64,000 nt of DNA from Adineta vaga (GCA_021613535.1 CP075494.1:15376001-15440000); one strand, 5' to 3'. Positions 25,724 to 38,403 are shown, numbered from the stretch's first letter. The notes: a model not told the origin generated them from the letters alone. Program-made: numbers and translations.

Positions 25724-26236
25724 ATGGCATCGACAACGGAATCAAAAAAAGAAGGCTGTTGCGGTGGCGGTCGTCGACACGGACCACCAACAGAAGAAGA
25801 ACGTCGTCAACATGAAGCCGAATTTAAACAAGAATTTGTCGATGAATATCGTAAACGATATGGTGATGGGTTGATCTCAGCTGAACAAACATGGGAATTA
25901 TTTCAAGCAGTCGAAGATCGATGGCATGCTAAAATGAAGGAACGACGTCCTCCACCACCACATCATGGTGGACCACCGCCACCACATCATGGTGGACCTC
26001 CTCCACATTTTGAAGAAAAGCGTAAAGAGATCTTAGCAGAATTACAGCAAGACTTTCAAAAAGACTTTGCATCTGCTCACGGTACGAACAAGGTTAATGC
26101 TGATCAGGCTTGGTTACTTATTCAACAAGTACAAACGAAGAAACATGAGAAATGGGAAGCTGATCGACGAAAACATGGACATGGACCAGGACCAGGAGGA
26201 CATCATGGACGACGTTCCCCACCATCTAATCATTAG
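25724..26236 (+). CDS. Hydrophilic His/Gly/Pro-rich protein with a duplicated helical module, intronless
   Basis: First ATG at 25724 (MASTTESKKEGCC). Clean coding bias; two homologous ~45-aa helical units separated by PPPHHGG repeats. Confidence 0.8.
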   Translation: MASTTESKKEGCCGGGRRHGPPTEEERRQHEAEFKQEFVDEYRKRYGDGLISAEQTWELFQAVEDRWHAKMKERRPPPPHHGGPPPPHHGGPPPHFEEKRKEILAELQQDFQKDFASAHGTNKVNADQAWLLIQQVQTKKHEKWEADRRKHGHGPGPGGHHGRRSPPSNH

Positions 26237-26431
26237 AACTTCGCAAGCACTTTTAATCCGAACAATAGATAATAAAATGGCATTTTTCTGTTTCTTTTTG
26301 TATATGAATAAAATTTAACCAAGAATACGATTTCATTACTTTTACATAACTTCTCTTGAATCAAATAATTTAATAGTAAAATTTACATCTGAAACAGACG
26401 AGATTTATTTGATAGGAAACAAAAATCTATT

Positions 26432-27674
26432 TTACAAATAACTAATATATCTATCCTTCTTTGGACATGGTTCGATATTCAGAACTAATTGTCGAAAGCG
26501 TTCTTGTATTTGTCTATTCTTTATACAAGCAAATCCACCATGTCGTACTTTTTGTTCCGCTTGTCGATTCATATCACCAATACATGTCCATGGATCATCA
26601 TTGCTTACGAGCCATTTAGAATGATCATGATGAACAGTGAAATTAAATGCAAGTTTTTCAATATTCTCTGTATGATACTGTCCAGTACAATTCGAAGGTA
26701 GATTCTTTTGTCGACCATTTGACCATGTTTCACTTAACATCGATGTTGACAAAGTTGGCACGATTAATTCACTTAACATATCAATATTTGCTGAACCATA
26801 TTTGGAAAATGTATGAATTTCAAGTGATGAACCATTCAATGGAAAATATTGAGTAAACGGAGGTCCAGTTATATGACCCTTATTCGTTATGATACTAGTC
26901 GAAAGAATCTTATAGCGACTACTAGCAGATGAAGTTAAATTGGACTGAAACACTAATGGTCGAGTATAGAGAAAATGATTCGAAAGTAAATCAATCGAAT
27001 TTGTCGACACAGATGATGAAGAATTCAGTGTGATACATAACATTGTTTGACCATATACACGACCTAATTTACATTAGAAACAGATCAAATATTTGCAAAT
27101 AGGAATATATATCTACCTGAATTTGGATATCCATAACCTTGTTCAATAATTTGTGGAAAACGTGGTACACTATGAACTAACCAAAATGCTGTTTGTGTTG
27201 TATCTTCAAATGCAAGAACACCTTTGGAATGACCATAGATTAATGACACAGGTCTATTTGGTGGTTGATCATTATAAAACAAATATGAATATTGATTTGG
27301 ATATTTATACAAAGGATCTAACGTTAAACCTGTTAATGATGCTGATGAATCGATACTTTGTGAAGAAAATTGCCATTTGTCTAATGATGATGAACTATCT
27401 AAATAGATATAACCAGTTCCATTTGATACAAATGGATCAACGGATTTTGAAAGACGTGGAAGTTTATAAATAATAAACCAATCAACAGGTTGATTTAAAT
27501 GATTTCGACAGACACATGGTGGTAAGGGTTCCGATCGTTGAAAGAACCAAAATAAACACGAACAAAATAGAAATACCAAAACAAACGAAACTATTTTACA
27601 AATAGTCGCGACCTATAGAATATAAATTCAAATAAAAATATAGAATTGAACAATGGATATGATTCACCTACCAT
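26432..27674 (-). CDS. Deoxyribonuclease II (plancitoxin-like), copy 1
   Basis: VDWFIIYKLP, GHSKGV, FWLVHSVPRFP, YGQTMLC, DHSKW, CIGDMNR. ATG-only first exon at 27674-27672 followed by a GTAGGT intron; second intron ~27064-27115. Confidence 0.93.
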
Positions 27675-29014
27675 TTTCCTTTTCTATTTCACGTCAGAAA
27701 TGAATGTTAACATCTCAGTATTCGTATTGATATATACATATTAGAAGAAGGGAAAAAAGAAAAGTGAGCAAAATAGCCGTCCGTTTCATAATAAACAAAA
27801 AAAAGGACATATTCTGTTGTTCGGCACGGATATATCATACAATCAGTTGTTTAGTTATCGACGAAAATAAGATCATCTGCCGAAATACTCAGAAAGGTTT
27901 TAAATACAAGATATTTCTGAGATATGTTTGAAGAAATCAGTAGTTCAAATTTCTTAATCATTGTTCTAAACTTCATCCATATTGTTATCGATCTATATGG
28001 AATTTCGTTTGATAAAAAGCATTAATAAAAATATAATATTAGAAACATTGATGCTTTTTAGATCATATATGAATACAAGTCCATAAGGTCTGTATTGATA
28101 CTATCAAGACTTATTACATTGAAAGTATTGTTTGGAATAAATAACACGATATGTTTAGGATCTACCAAGGTTTAGAAAAGCTTTTAGTAATAAATATGAG
28201 ATAAGAGCTCGAATGAGAAATTTGTTTTCAATAATAAAAATATAGGTCTTTTTGCACTATGTATAATAAATTTTACGTATGTACAGCAACTTAAGGTCTC
28301 AAAGCAAAAGTTAACAAAGAAATCTCGCATATTGAATATGTCAAATATACCATTATTGGTCATGCACATAAGAGGTCATTGTGTTTCGAAACTCTAAAAG
28401 TAATGATTCTTTTACATTGCTGGTGATTGGAAGCCATAATCAGAAGCTCCGGAAAAAGTGTTTATCAATTATTTAATACTCAAAATACTGAGGATATTGT
28501 CGTGTAGATAATGCTGAATGATTCTTAGAAAACTAATAAATACTAATTACTGTAGATCGTTTTTAACATGTTTCATTTTGTAATAAAAATCCTGGTGAGA
28601 AAGATCCACCGGTGGATTTCTTTTAAGAGATTGAATACGTGATATGTATGAAAGAAAATATGTATGGATTGACAACAAAAGTAATAAAGAAAAGTAAGAA
28701 TAAGTGGATATAAACCTTGTCAATATAACGAGAAAAAATCCAAACTGTTACGATCGTATCTGAAGATTTAGATCATAGAGCGAGACAGAAAGGAAAGTCT
28801 AATAGTAATCATCAGCATGATGTTATGTTGGTTGATATTTAGGTAGAAGAATTCTTCAAAAGTGGCGAATCATCAAGACTTCTTTTGAATATAATGTTCT
28901 GAAACAGAAAAAGATAATATAGAATGAAAGTACGAGAGGTAAATGTATTCTAACTATTTTCTTTTGCATGATGAAATCATGAGAAGTTTTGTAATCTTCT
29001 TTGTTTTCATTGAG

Positions 29015-29120
29015 TAGTGTAGAAATCGTTAACTCGGTTCGAGTATTAAACTTCTTCTTCGACTATTAAAATTAAATATTTAGAAGTCGAAGCTTCGAGT
29101 TTTAAACTATTCAACTTCTA
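29015..29120. mobile_element. MITE-like dispersed repeat (partial copy)
   Basis: TAGTGTAGAAATCGTT...TTCGAGTATTAAACTTCTTCTTC shared with 56717-56834. Confidence 0.7.
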
Positions 29121-29953
29121 ATCTTATAAATTTGTGAAAAGTTAAGTAGCGGAGATCGCGCGAAAACTATTCGTTTCTTTGGTCACCCCCAACACCCCCC
29201 ACACCCACACTTCCGTGTTGCCCTAACTTATTACATCCAAATGAAATCATATACTTACGATTAATTTTACATGTCGAAAATACGCATTCACTCTAGGGAT
29301 ACGCATTCGAAAAACTACTCGAAAAAAAATCGTTTTTCTTTTGACTAAACCAGGCCGACGACTTATTCGAGCAACTTAGACTTTTATACATAATAAAATA
29401 GATCTTCAGAAGGCTGCACTCGAATTGACACAGCATAAAGCATACAGTCAAAACAAATCTCATGATTGATCGTATTCTGAAATATAGGGTTTGTTTTTTC
29501 AAATACTGATAGTCATTTTGACATCAAATATTAAAACTAAGTATCGAAATAGGACGAATATATATACAAAGATAAAAGGAAAGATAGAAGCAATACGAAA
29601 TAACTAGTTCAGATCACAAGTAACTCTTTTGAACTATAGTTTTCTTTTACTGTAGTGAAAACCGATTATTCACCGTAAAAGATGGTCGTGAACCACTTGA
29701 TACACATCAAATAAATAACAGTGATATTGCACTAATACATTGGAAACAGAAGAACGTAGTGTTTAGCTGAAAATCTACTTAAATGAAGTCCACGTTTGGA
29801 TTAGTTTAATGTTGAATTTCGTAAGCAAGTCAGTTATTCTTATATTAATACGAATGTTTTTGCGTATCAAAATAATGTCAATATGTTCAACGAAAAATTA
29901 CACTTACATAATGTGCTGCAGATGAAGATATCATTTTAAGAGAATTTGTGTGA

Positions 29954-30370
29954 ATGAAAAGTTTGTTTGACTCTGAAATAAACGACGAAACCATTGGTGC
30001 TCATCTTTCATTTAATACAAAATATCCACTTCAATATGAACAATTACCATCAAAAAATGAATTATATATGAAACAAGTTATTTATACACATGGTCCTATT
30101 TATTTTTCTTTTAATTGTGGAAAACGTGAAGTTTCAACTAAATTTGATCATTATTCATCTGGAATATTTGATGTACTTGATTGTCCAACTCATAGAAATA
30201 TGAATTATGTTTTAATTATTGTTGGTTATGGTACTGAAAATGATATTGATTATTGAAAAGTTAAAAATTAATGGGGATCAACTTGGAATAATAATGGTTA
30301 TATGAAAATTAGAAGAAATAAAAATATGTGTGGCATTGCTTCTTATCCTTATTATGCTGGATTATTTTGA
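29954..30370 (+). pseudogene. Papain-family (cathepsin L-like, C1A) pseudogene, C-terminal part only
   Basis: GPIYFSF...YSSGIFD...[46 protein letters not shown]. Two in-frame stops, catalytic His replaced by Tyr, catalytic-Cys half absent. Confidence 0.9.
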
Positions 30371-30723
30371 TCTTTTTCTTTTCATCAAAATAAAATAAGA
30401 ATAAATTTAATAAAAAATGAAATTATATTTCATTCTATTTTTAGAAGAAAAATCTTTATCATATACATGTATCTAGTTTTCTTTTGCAATAAATTAAATC
30501 AATAAATACAATTGTTTGCCTTATATAGAACTAAGTAATTTATTAAATTCTTCCTACACTTGCTTTGTAGCGTCCGAACAAATACATAATCTATTGACAA
30601 CATCGACCAGACTTGAAATCGGTCTGAACCATTTATTGAAATGATACGTAGTTTCATAGTCATCGACATATATTTGTTCAAACAGTGTTGAAAAAAATAA
30701 ATAAAAAAAAACAAAGAAAAGTC

Positions 30724-32169
30724 TCACGATATTGCGATGCCAATCATATATACTCCCAAGATTGAACATTCAAATCTAGATGCCATATTAGTACTTTTAA
30801 TACACAATTGTGTTGGTGTTCTATTTTCGATGATTTTTACTTGTGGTCGTTCATTTTCTATTTGACGAACCTTTTCGGCATTATTACAAATAGCACCATG
30901 AAATGCATCACGTCGTAATACATGTGGATATTCAACAAATCGACGACGACATAATTTTACGAAATTACTCCATTTGAGAGGATTCATGGAGTATTCAACT
31001 GTTTCACTTAATTCCTGAATGTTGAACTGATTTAATTCTGTTTCACGTAACTGAAAGCATATAACACCACCGAGTGTTTTATTACGTGCTCCTTTGCTGA
31101 CTGCAATGTATAAAGCATCTGAAAAAATAAAAACAATTCAACCATAAATATTTAAAAATATTCAAGACACATACCATCAAAGCTGTCCGTAACGTAAAAA
31201 CCAGGGCCAAAATCGGATCCAAGACGATGTGATGCATATAAATTAATACCATACTGACAAATAGTTTCAACGGATGTCATATCTGTACCGTGATAAAAAC
31301 GAACATGTCGATCATTCTCTGTCTGATTTGATAATAATAAATCGAATACATTCAGATTTCCATGTGTACGTCGTTTGAAATTATATCGATTAGGATAAAC
31401 ATTCAAATTGCGATTAACAACTTCCATTGTTGACGAATCGAATTTAGGAGAAGATATTTCAGACCATTGATTATCAGGTGGTGAATCGAAGTTTGGTAAA
31501 TGAATTGATTTTAAAACTTGTGCTTCAATATAATCATAAACATAATGTTCAAATGGTTCATCATTGCTGTAGATTTGTCCAACATCATTCAGATGCTTTA
31601 AACATTCTTCATGTAAACCCATATCTAATCCTTGTTTTAAACGACATTGAATAAAATTGTTGATTAGATCCATTGGACTATCGAACATGAATTTCATTTG
31701 GTGCATTTGGCAATAATTTATAAATTCATTTGGTTTTAATCCGATTTCATAAAGATAATCTTTTTCTAAACGTAATGGATATGGCAATATTATTTCTAAA
31801 TAAAAATATGAAATACCATTCAAAGCATGAAAGTAAACATTAAGAGAGCAACGCTTACCATCAAATTCATTTTCAGTTCGACGTGATGTTGATAATTGTG
31901 AAGTCGTGATAATGGGACTTGTTATCATGACTGAACATGTATATTGTGGACGTGGAAATGGTACTTCTTCTTCAGACTATGCAATCATTAGAATAGAAAT
32001 TCATGTTAAAAGAAAAAAGTTAATCGTTGAAAAAAAAATACCATGGTACTTGAATTGGACAAAGACAAAGATTTCATATCACTTGTGATTACTTCTTCTT
32101 CCATATTGGCATTTATATCTGACATTGGTACAGGTACAGAATTGACGGTTAGTTTATTGAATTCAAATC
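30724..32169 (-). CDS. Protein with a C-terminal DUF3990-like (H-Y type ADP-ribosyltransferase fold) domain; multi-exon, start uncertain
   Basis: RFYHGT...SDFGPGFYVT, intron ~31118-31175, then DALYIA...WSNFVKLCRR...DAFHGAI...TQLCIKS. Confidence 0.72.
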
Positions 32170-32289
32170 TAAAAGAAAGAAGAGAATGCTTTCAATAGAT
32201 GAGATGAGTATCCGCATGATAAAGTTCATAGTTTATGACTGGTCGACTATAGATATATTTTTCTGTATTATTGGTTAGATGGCACCACA

Positions 32290-32543
32290 AGTGCGGAATC
32301 TGCCGTAAAAATAAAAAAATTCTCCCCACGCACAACAATTAATTAAAATCTTTCACTATTATAAAAATGGGAAGAATAGTATTTCAAAGACCAAATCTTT
32401 AACAAAACGTAACAACATTAAAGAATATCCTTGATTTGCCTCAATAACTTTTCTACATTCACCAACTTCTTTAAAAATTTTCCTCAACACAAAAAACTTC
32501 CCTCACGACCGTGGGCGCACAGGGGTAGATTCTGCACCTCTGG
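32290..32543. mobile_element. Degenerate MITE with ~20-nt imperfect terminal inverted repeats
   Basis: CCACAAGTGCGGAATCTGCC vs the reverse complement of GGTAGATTCTGCACCTCTGG. Confidence 0.5.
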
Positions 32544-32566
32544 ATGACGCTATTTTTTATATGGTT

Positions 32567-32605
32567 CCCAGGTGATTCGATCCGACAGGATGAGTTCGAC
32601 CTGGG
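32567..32605. repeat. Tiny CCCAGGT...ACCTGGG inverted-repeat element
   Basis: 7-nt perfect inverted ends around a GC-rich core; end resembles 11830-11839. Confidence 0.4.
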
Positions 32606-32843
32606 TTATAAAACATACTATGGCACAAGCTTCTGATGTAGATCAGAACAGATAAATAATTGAACATAATGCTGATGATATTAATTTTAACCACACCAAG
32701 AGCATGACTTAATCGATATATGTATTCGCGTATAATAATGTACAGTCAATTCTGCAAAAAATGGTCACTTTCGACCATGTTGCCGGCATGTTTTGAATGA
32801 ATTTTCGTTTCTAGACCCTATCCTTCCAGTCTAGAAAAGAAGG

Positions 32844-33139
32844 AAGGTTGAATGTGGTATTTCTAAAAATTCTAATCCCAGAATGAAATTTATGAAGTTC
32901 ACTACAACCAGTGATGAAGCTAAGAGGCATGACGGAGTTCAGCTATTTAGGTTATAGATGACACAGCTTTTGTCAACGATATAGCCAGTTTATACACATA
33001 TCAAAAATCTTTCATCTGTATTATGAAAAATTTCAATATATCTACATAGATCTAAGAATTTTAGTGTCTATCTCCTCGTTTAGAAATCCTGCTTCTCTTG
33101 ACAGTTGCAAAACTCTTCAGAAATACCACACTTAACCTT
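32844..33139. mobile_element. MITE with ~28-nt imperfect terminal inverted repeats
   Basis: AAGGTTGAATGTGGTATTTCTAAAAATT vs the reverse complement of AACTCTTCAGAAATACCACACTTAACCTT; noncoding interior. Confidence 0.65.
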
Positions 33140-33521
33140 TCTTGTAGTGTTTAATAGACAGATACACCTTTAAATCATTAAATAAACATGCAAATTTAAT
33201 AGTTCCTCAATTCTCAGCACTAAATTTTCTACTGATTATAAATCAATTTATAATGTTCAATATATCGAAGTGATCATTTAAAACCCTTTTATTTATTTGC
33301 ACATCAGGCTATTTTTTCAATGATAATATAGATTGCATGAAATCTTTTTCTACTTCGTATCTCACATATCTTCCAATTGTCTTTCTACCCAATAAAAAAC
33401 GAAATCGAACGATCTATCTGTTACGTTAGTCTATTTTTTCCAGAATAGTACATCAGAAAAGATGCTTTGCAGTTCAATTCAGAACAAATTTTATTTTGTA
33501 TGTAAGCATATCTAAAAAAAA

Positions 33522-34749
33522 TCACTTTTTTTCTTTCGGACATGGTTCGATATTCAGAACTAATTGTCGAAAGCGTTCTTGTATTTGTTTATTCTTTATA
33601 CAAGCAAATCCACCATGTCGTACTTTTTGTTCCGCTTGTCGATTCATATCGCCAATACATGTCCATGGATCATCATTGCTTACGAGCCATTTAGAATGAT
33701 CATGATGAACAGTGAAATTAAATGCAAGTTTTTCAATATTCTCTGTATGATACTGTCCAGTACAATTCGAAGGTAGATTCTTCTGTCGACCATTTGACCA
33801 TGTTTCACTTAACATCGATGTTGACAAAGTTGGCACGATTAATTCACTTAACATATCAATATTTGCTGAACCATATTTGGAAAATGTATGAATTTCAAGT
33901 GATGAACCATTCAATGGAAAATATTGAGTAAACGGAGGTCCAGTTATATGACCCTTATTCGTTATAATACTATTCGAAAGAATCTTATAGCGACTACTAG
34001 CAGATGAAGTCAAATTGGACTGAAACACTAATGGTCGAGTATAGAGAAAATGATTCGAAAGTAAATCAATCGAATTTGTCGACACAGATGATGAAGAATT
34101 CAGTGTGATACATAACATTGTTTGACCGTATACACGACCTAATTTACATTAGAAACAGATCAAATATTTGCAAATAGGAATGTATATCTACCTGAATTTG
34201 GATATCCATAACCTTGTTCAATAATTTGTGGAAAACGTGGTACACTATGAACTAACCAAAATGCTGTTTGTGTTGTATCTTCAAATGCAAGAACACCTTT
34301 GGAATGACCATAGATTAATGAGACAGGTCTATTTGGTGGTTGATCATTGTAGAACAAGTATGAATATTGATTCGGATATTTATACAAAGGATCTAACGTT
34401 AAACCTGTTAATGATGCTGATGAATCGATACTTTGTAAAGAGAATTGCCATTTCTCTAATGATGATGAACTATCTAAATAGATATAACCAGTTCCATTTG
34501 ATACAAATGGATCGACGGATTTTGAAAGACGTGGAAGCTTATAAATAATAAACCAATCAACAGGTTGATTGAAATGATTTCGACAAACACATGGTGGTAA
34601 GGGTTCCGATCGTTGAAAGAACCAAAATACACATGAACAAAATAAAAATACCAAAACAAACGAAACTATTTTACAAATAGTCGCGACCTATTGAATATAA
34701 ATTCAAATAAAAATATAGAATTGAACAATGGATATGATTCACCTACCAT
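33522..34749 (-). CDS. Deoxyribonuclease II (plancitoxin-like), copy 2
   Basis: Near-identical to copy 1 at offset 7075, same introns and HxK motifs; C-terminus PCPKEKK*. Confidence 0.93.
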
Positions 34750-35207
34750 TTTCCTTTTCTATTTCACGTCAGAAATGAATGTTAACATCTCATAACTTCT
34801 CTTCACTTATACAGATCAAAAGAGACGAAGAAGAAAAAAACAAAATAACCGTCCGATTCATAAATAAAGAGAAAAAGACACACGATTCGTCAGACATTCA
34901 GTCGCAATGAAAATAAAACAGGTCATCTCCTTCTCATGTTCGAAGAGATCTTTATTTCTACATTACAATACATAAATATCCCAATGAGAAAAACTGAATA
35001 AATTTCATACTACTACCAGTATATTTGATAAAGAATATCATCATTGAAATGAATCCTTTCAATGTCATCGTAAGATTTCTCTAAGAGAACGAAAAAAAAT
35101 TGATTTCATTTTGAAATGTATTCATTTTATATAGAATTGAAAACAATAAAAATTACATTGAAGAGAAGATAGAATATAACTTCTCTAGTGGAAGCTAATT
35201 GATGTGT

Positions 35208-36111
35208 TTATTTATGTACAATAAAGCCATTCTTGACATAGTTTCTTCGATATGTTGGAAGATCATAGATTTGTTCTTCGTCAATTTCTCGACGAGGAAT
35301 GGGAATACGTGAACCACGTCGTGCACGATTTTGTGCTAAAACTTCTTGAAGACTTAGATGTGGTTTAGGTTTGCGATTCAGTTGTGGAAGAGATCGATTC
35401 GATGATTCACGCGGTGATGGTCGGTATGGTTTCGATTGACGTGCAGTTGGCAATTCATCAAGACGAAGCGGCTTTACAGGCTGACGAGGAGGTGGTGGAG
35501 GAGGAGGAGAATGACTTTCTTGATATACTTGACGAGGAACTGGTTTGGGTTGTTCTACATACTAAATAAAAAGAAAAGAAATTGAAATGACTAATTGATT
35601 TATAGAGTCATACTTTCTGCTTGGGAACGATATATTCTTGCTTATCTGGTGTATGATCATCTTCATACGTATATTCCACTACTTCTGGCGGTGGAGACGG
35701 AGTTGGTGAAGGTCGAAAATAAACTCTTTTGATCACTCGTGGTTGTTTTGGGGGCGGTGGAACATATTGATGAGATCGTATCATTGGTAATTCTTCATTA
35801 TAATAGGGTTGATTATTATCCAAGGATCGATAATATCTTCTTCTCACCAATACCGGTGTATTATATCTTTCCTGTTCGTCATATATTGGTTTATCATCTA
35901 GATATGATGGATCATAATTATGTTCATATTCCGCTGGAATATAATAAGAAACTTTCTGATCACCGTAATCTCTTTCAGTTACATTATAAAGTCCATGTTT
36001 CGAACGATTTGTAATCACATATGGATAATTATTTGACTGGTTTTTATTTCCATAAAATCGTTCATTTGGTTTAGTAGAATAATCAGTCATGACTCGACTT
36101 GTTTTTATCAT
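35208..36111 (-). CDS. Uncharacterised Tyr/Pro/Arg-rich protein (2 exons)
   Basis: ATG at 36111 (MIKTSRVMTDY); ORF segments joined by a short intron ~35562-35613; no domain recognised. Confidence 0.65.
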
Positions 36112-36357
36112 TAAAAAGAGAAACTGGTCGAATAAAGAAATAAAAAGTATTGTAAAGTAAAAAAAAGTGATTAGTCCTTTTTTTATGAGAAAATGAGTAA
36201 AAAAAAGAATCAATATGTCAACAATGCCAAAGGAAAGGGAGAGAGAGAAAAATTCTTTTAACAAGTAAAAATAAATCATATAGCACCAGGAAGCCTTTAT
36301 AGTTATGTGAGAAAAAAAAGGAGTTTTTCTTTCACGACAGACATGTTTGTCTTTCAT

Positions 36358-38403
36358 TTAAAGATTAGTTTCATGATTTGATAATTCTTCAGTAGAAGAT
36401 TCAATTGCCTCTTTGACCCATTGTCGTCGTTGAGCAAATTCTAGACATATAAAGAAAACAGCCATCATAGCGTAACCAACAGAAAATTTCCATCCATCAT
36501 CGTTCTCATGAATTAATAAACCAACTGTTGGCGCGTCAATCAAACCAAAAAGAGCAAAAATCGATGCGAGTAAAGACCATAGAGTCGCTCGAAGAAATTT
36601 CCGATCAATCATATATATAAATATCGCAGTTAGAAACATACATTGAAGAAGACTACCACCAGAAAAATTCGAAAGACCTCGATAAGAAAATCCGATGATT
36701 GTTGAACTTATATTTCGATTGAATTCAGTATTATTTGGAAGAAATTTTGTATAAGCATCAGTTACACCACTGATTATCGTTCCTTTAGTCCAATCGGCAA
36801 CTACTGGCATTAAACCGAATATAAATGCTGGATAATGACGAGGAGGAGTGAGAGAAAGTGTATCAGCACAAATCACAAGACCGATAAAAATCTAAAAAAA
36901 ATTAGATTTTGTTTTTAATGAAAGAATCCAAATCGATTTACAATTATTGGATTGACAGAAACAATTGCAATGATTGAAAGAAGAAGAGCATTGATGCCAA
37001 AGAAACATAGAGGTAAAAAGGCAAGACCATTGGCAAGAGAATAAGCTTGTTTCGCACCCATCTTTTCAAATGCCGATGATCGATAAATGCTAAATGAAAA
37101 CAAAGTTTTCATGAATATTTTTTCCAGAAAAATTTACTTGTCATTCCAAGAATAGACCCGAATAGACTTGCAATTAATGTCCCAATTCCATCTGCAAACA
37201 TGGCTTCTCTTGTTGGATAAAAATCTCCTGCTTGTCTTGCAGATTCAACACATTGAATTGTTCCAATAGCGATTGAAATCGCCGTTGGAATTGTTGTTGA
37301 TAAATACGGAGTTATTTCATTAAGATTTACGAAAATTTCTTTGATTGGAAATACAAGTGGATATGGTTTAACTATTAGAGCAGCATTACGAACATCAGAA
37401 GCTTGATTTAATGATGTTGCCCAAGCAAGTATTGTACCAACAATCAAAGCAACAAATGCAACTGGAATTGATCCAAATTTAACTAAAAAATGCGATATTG
37501 AATGAAGTTTTCTCTTGAATATAATTCTTTACCATCACCAAAATAACCAAGAATAACAATGGTAAATGGAAGAAACGAAACAATTGGTGATGCAGCAATT
37601 GGTAAATATTCATTCAAAGCTAGATAAGTAAACCCCAGAGCAGATATTGATGAAAGTAAAGCAATAGCAGGTGTATGTTTTCGAATAAATTCTCCGATAA
37701 GACATAGAAATAACAATATAATTGCCGTAATAAAATTACTTGCTATTGCTACATACCACGCTAATTCTTCACACGAACGTTTATCATTTCCATTATTTTT
37801 ATTAAGACAAGTAAAATATGTTGGAAAAATTATACTAAATATAAAAGCAACTGAAAATATACGAAGAGAAAATGATTTGTTTAATTAAAATTTCGGAATC
37901 TTACATGCGCCAGGTGTATTGATTCCATATGGCATTGTACATACATCACCACGATTTTCTTTGTAAGCAAGTTTTCGTGCCATATATACATAGTAAAAGT
38001 TACCCCAAAGCATCGCCAATGCAACTCTAAAAGGAAACTTTTTTTGAACGAAAATTTCATTCGAACAAAAGTTCTACCCGGGAATAATTTTTCCATAGAT
38101 AATATCTGTTTCTAAGACGAGTTTAAGATTGAGAATAACTGCAAATAACGTTGCTAAATTATTGATAAATAATCCAACAAATCCATCGATATCTCCAAGA
38201 ACAAATAAAGGATAATTTGGATTCGATCGAAATGCATTCAACCATTCTGTTGGATAAAATGTAAATAATTCTCGTATTTCATTTTTCAAATTTGTAAATA
38301 TTTGCATGACATTAGATTTGTTTTCTATGCGTTCATCAATTATAGGTAATTCATCATTTGAATGATGAAGATCATTCAATGGAATAGGTAAAGACGAAGA
38401 CAT
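36358..38403 (-). CDS. Bacterial-type NCS2/AzgA-like (xanthine/uracil) permease with several spliceosomal introns
   Basis: FVLGDIDGFVGLFINNL, DVCTMPYGINTP, IRKHTPAIALLSSISALG, IGTIQCVESARQAGDFYPTREAMFADGIGTL, FEKMGAKQAYS, IDRKF; many TM helices. Confidence 0.85.

Noticed and set aside
29184-29210. C-rich CACCCC/CCCACA run, telomere-like
   Set aside because: Too short and irregular to call an interstitial telomere.
30253-30272. In-frame TGA/TAA in the cathepsin fragment as possible recoding or alternative genetic code
   Set aside because: All other genes use standard stops; catalytic His loss and the missing N-terminal half indicate a pseudogene.
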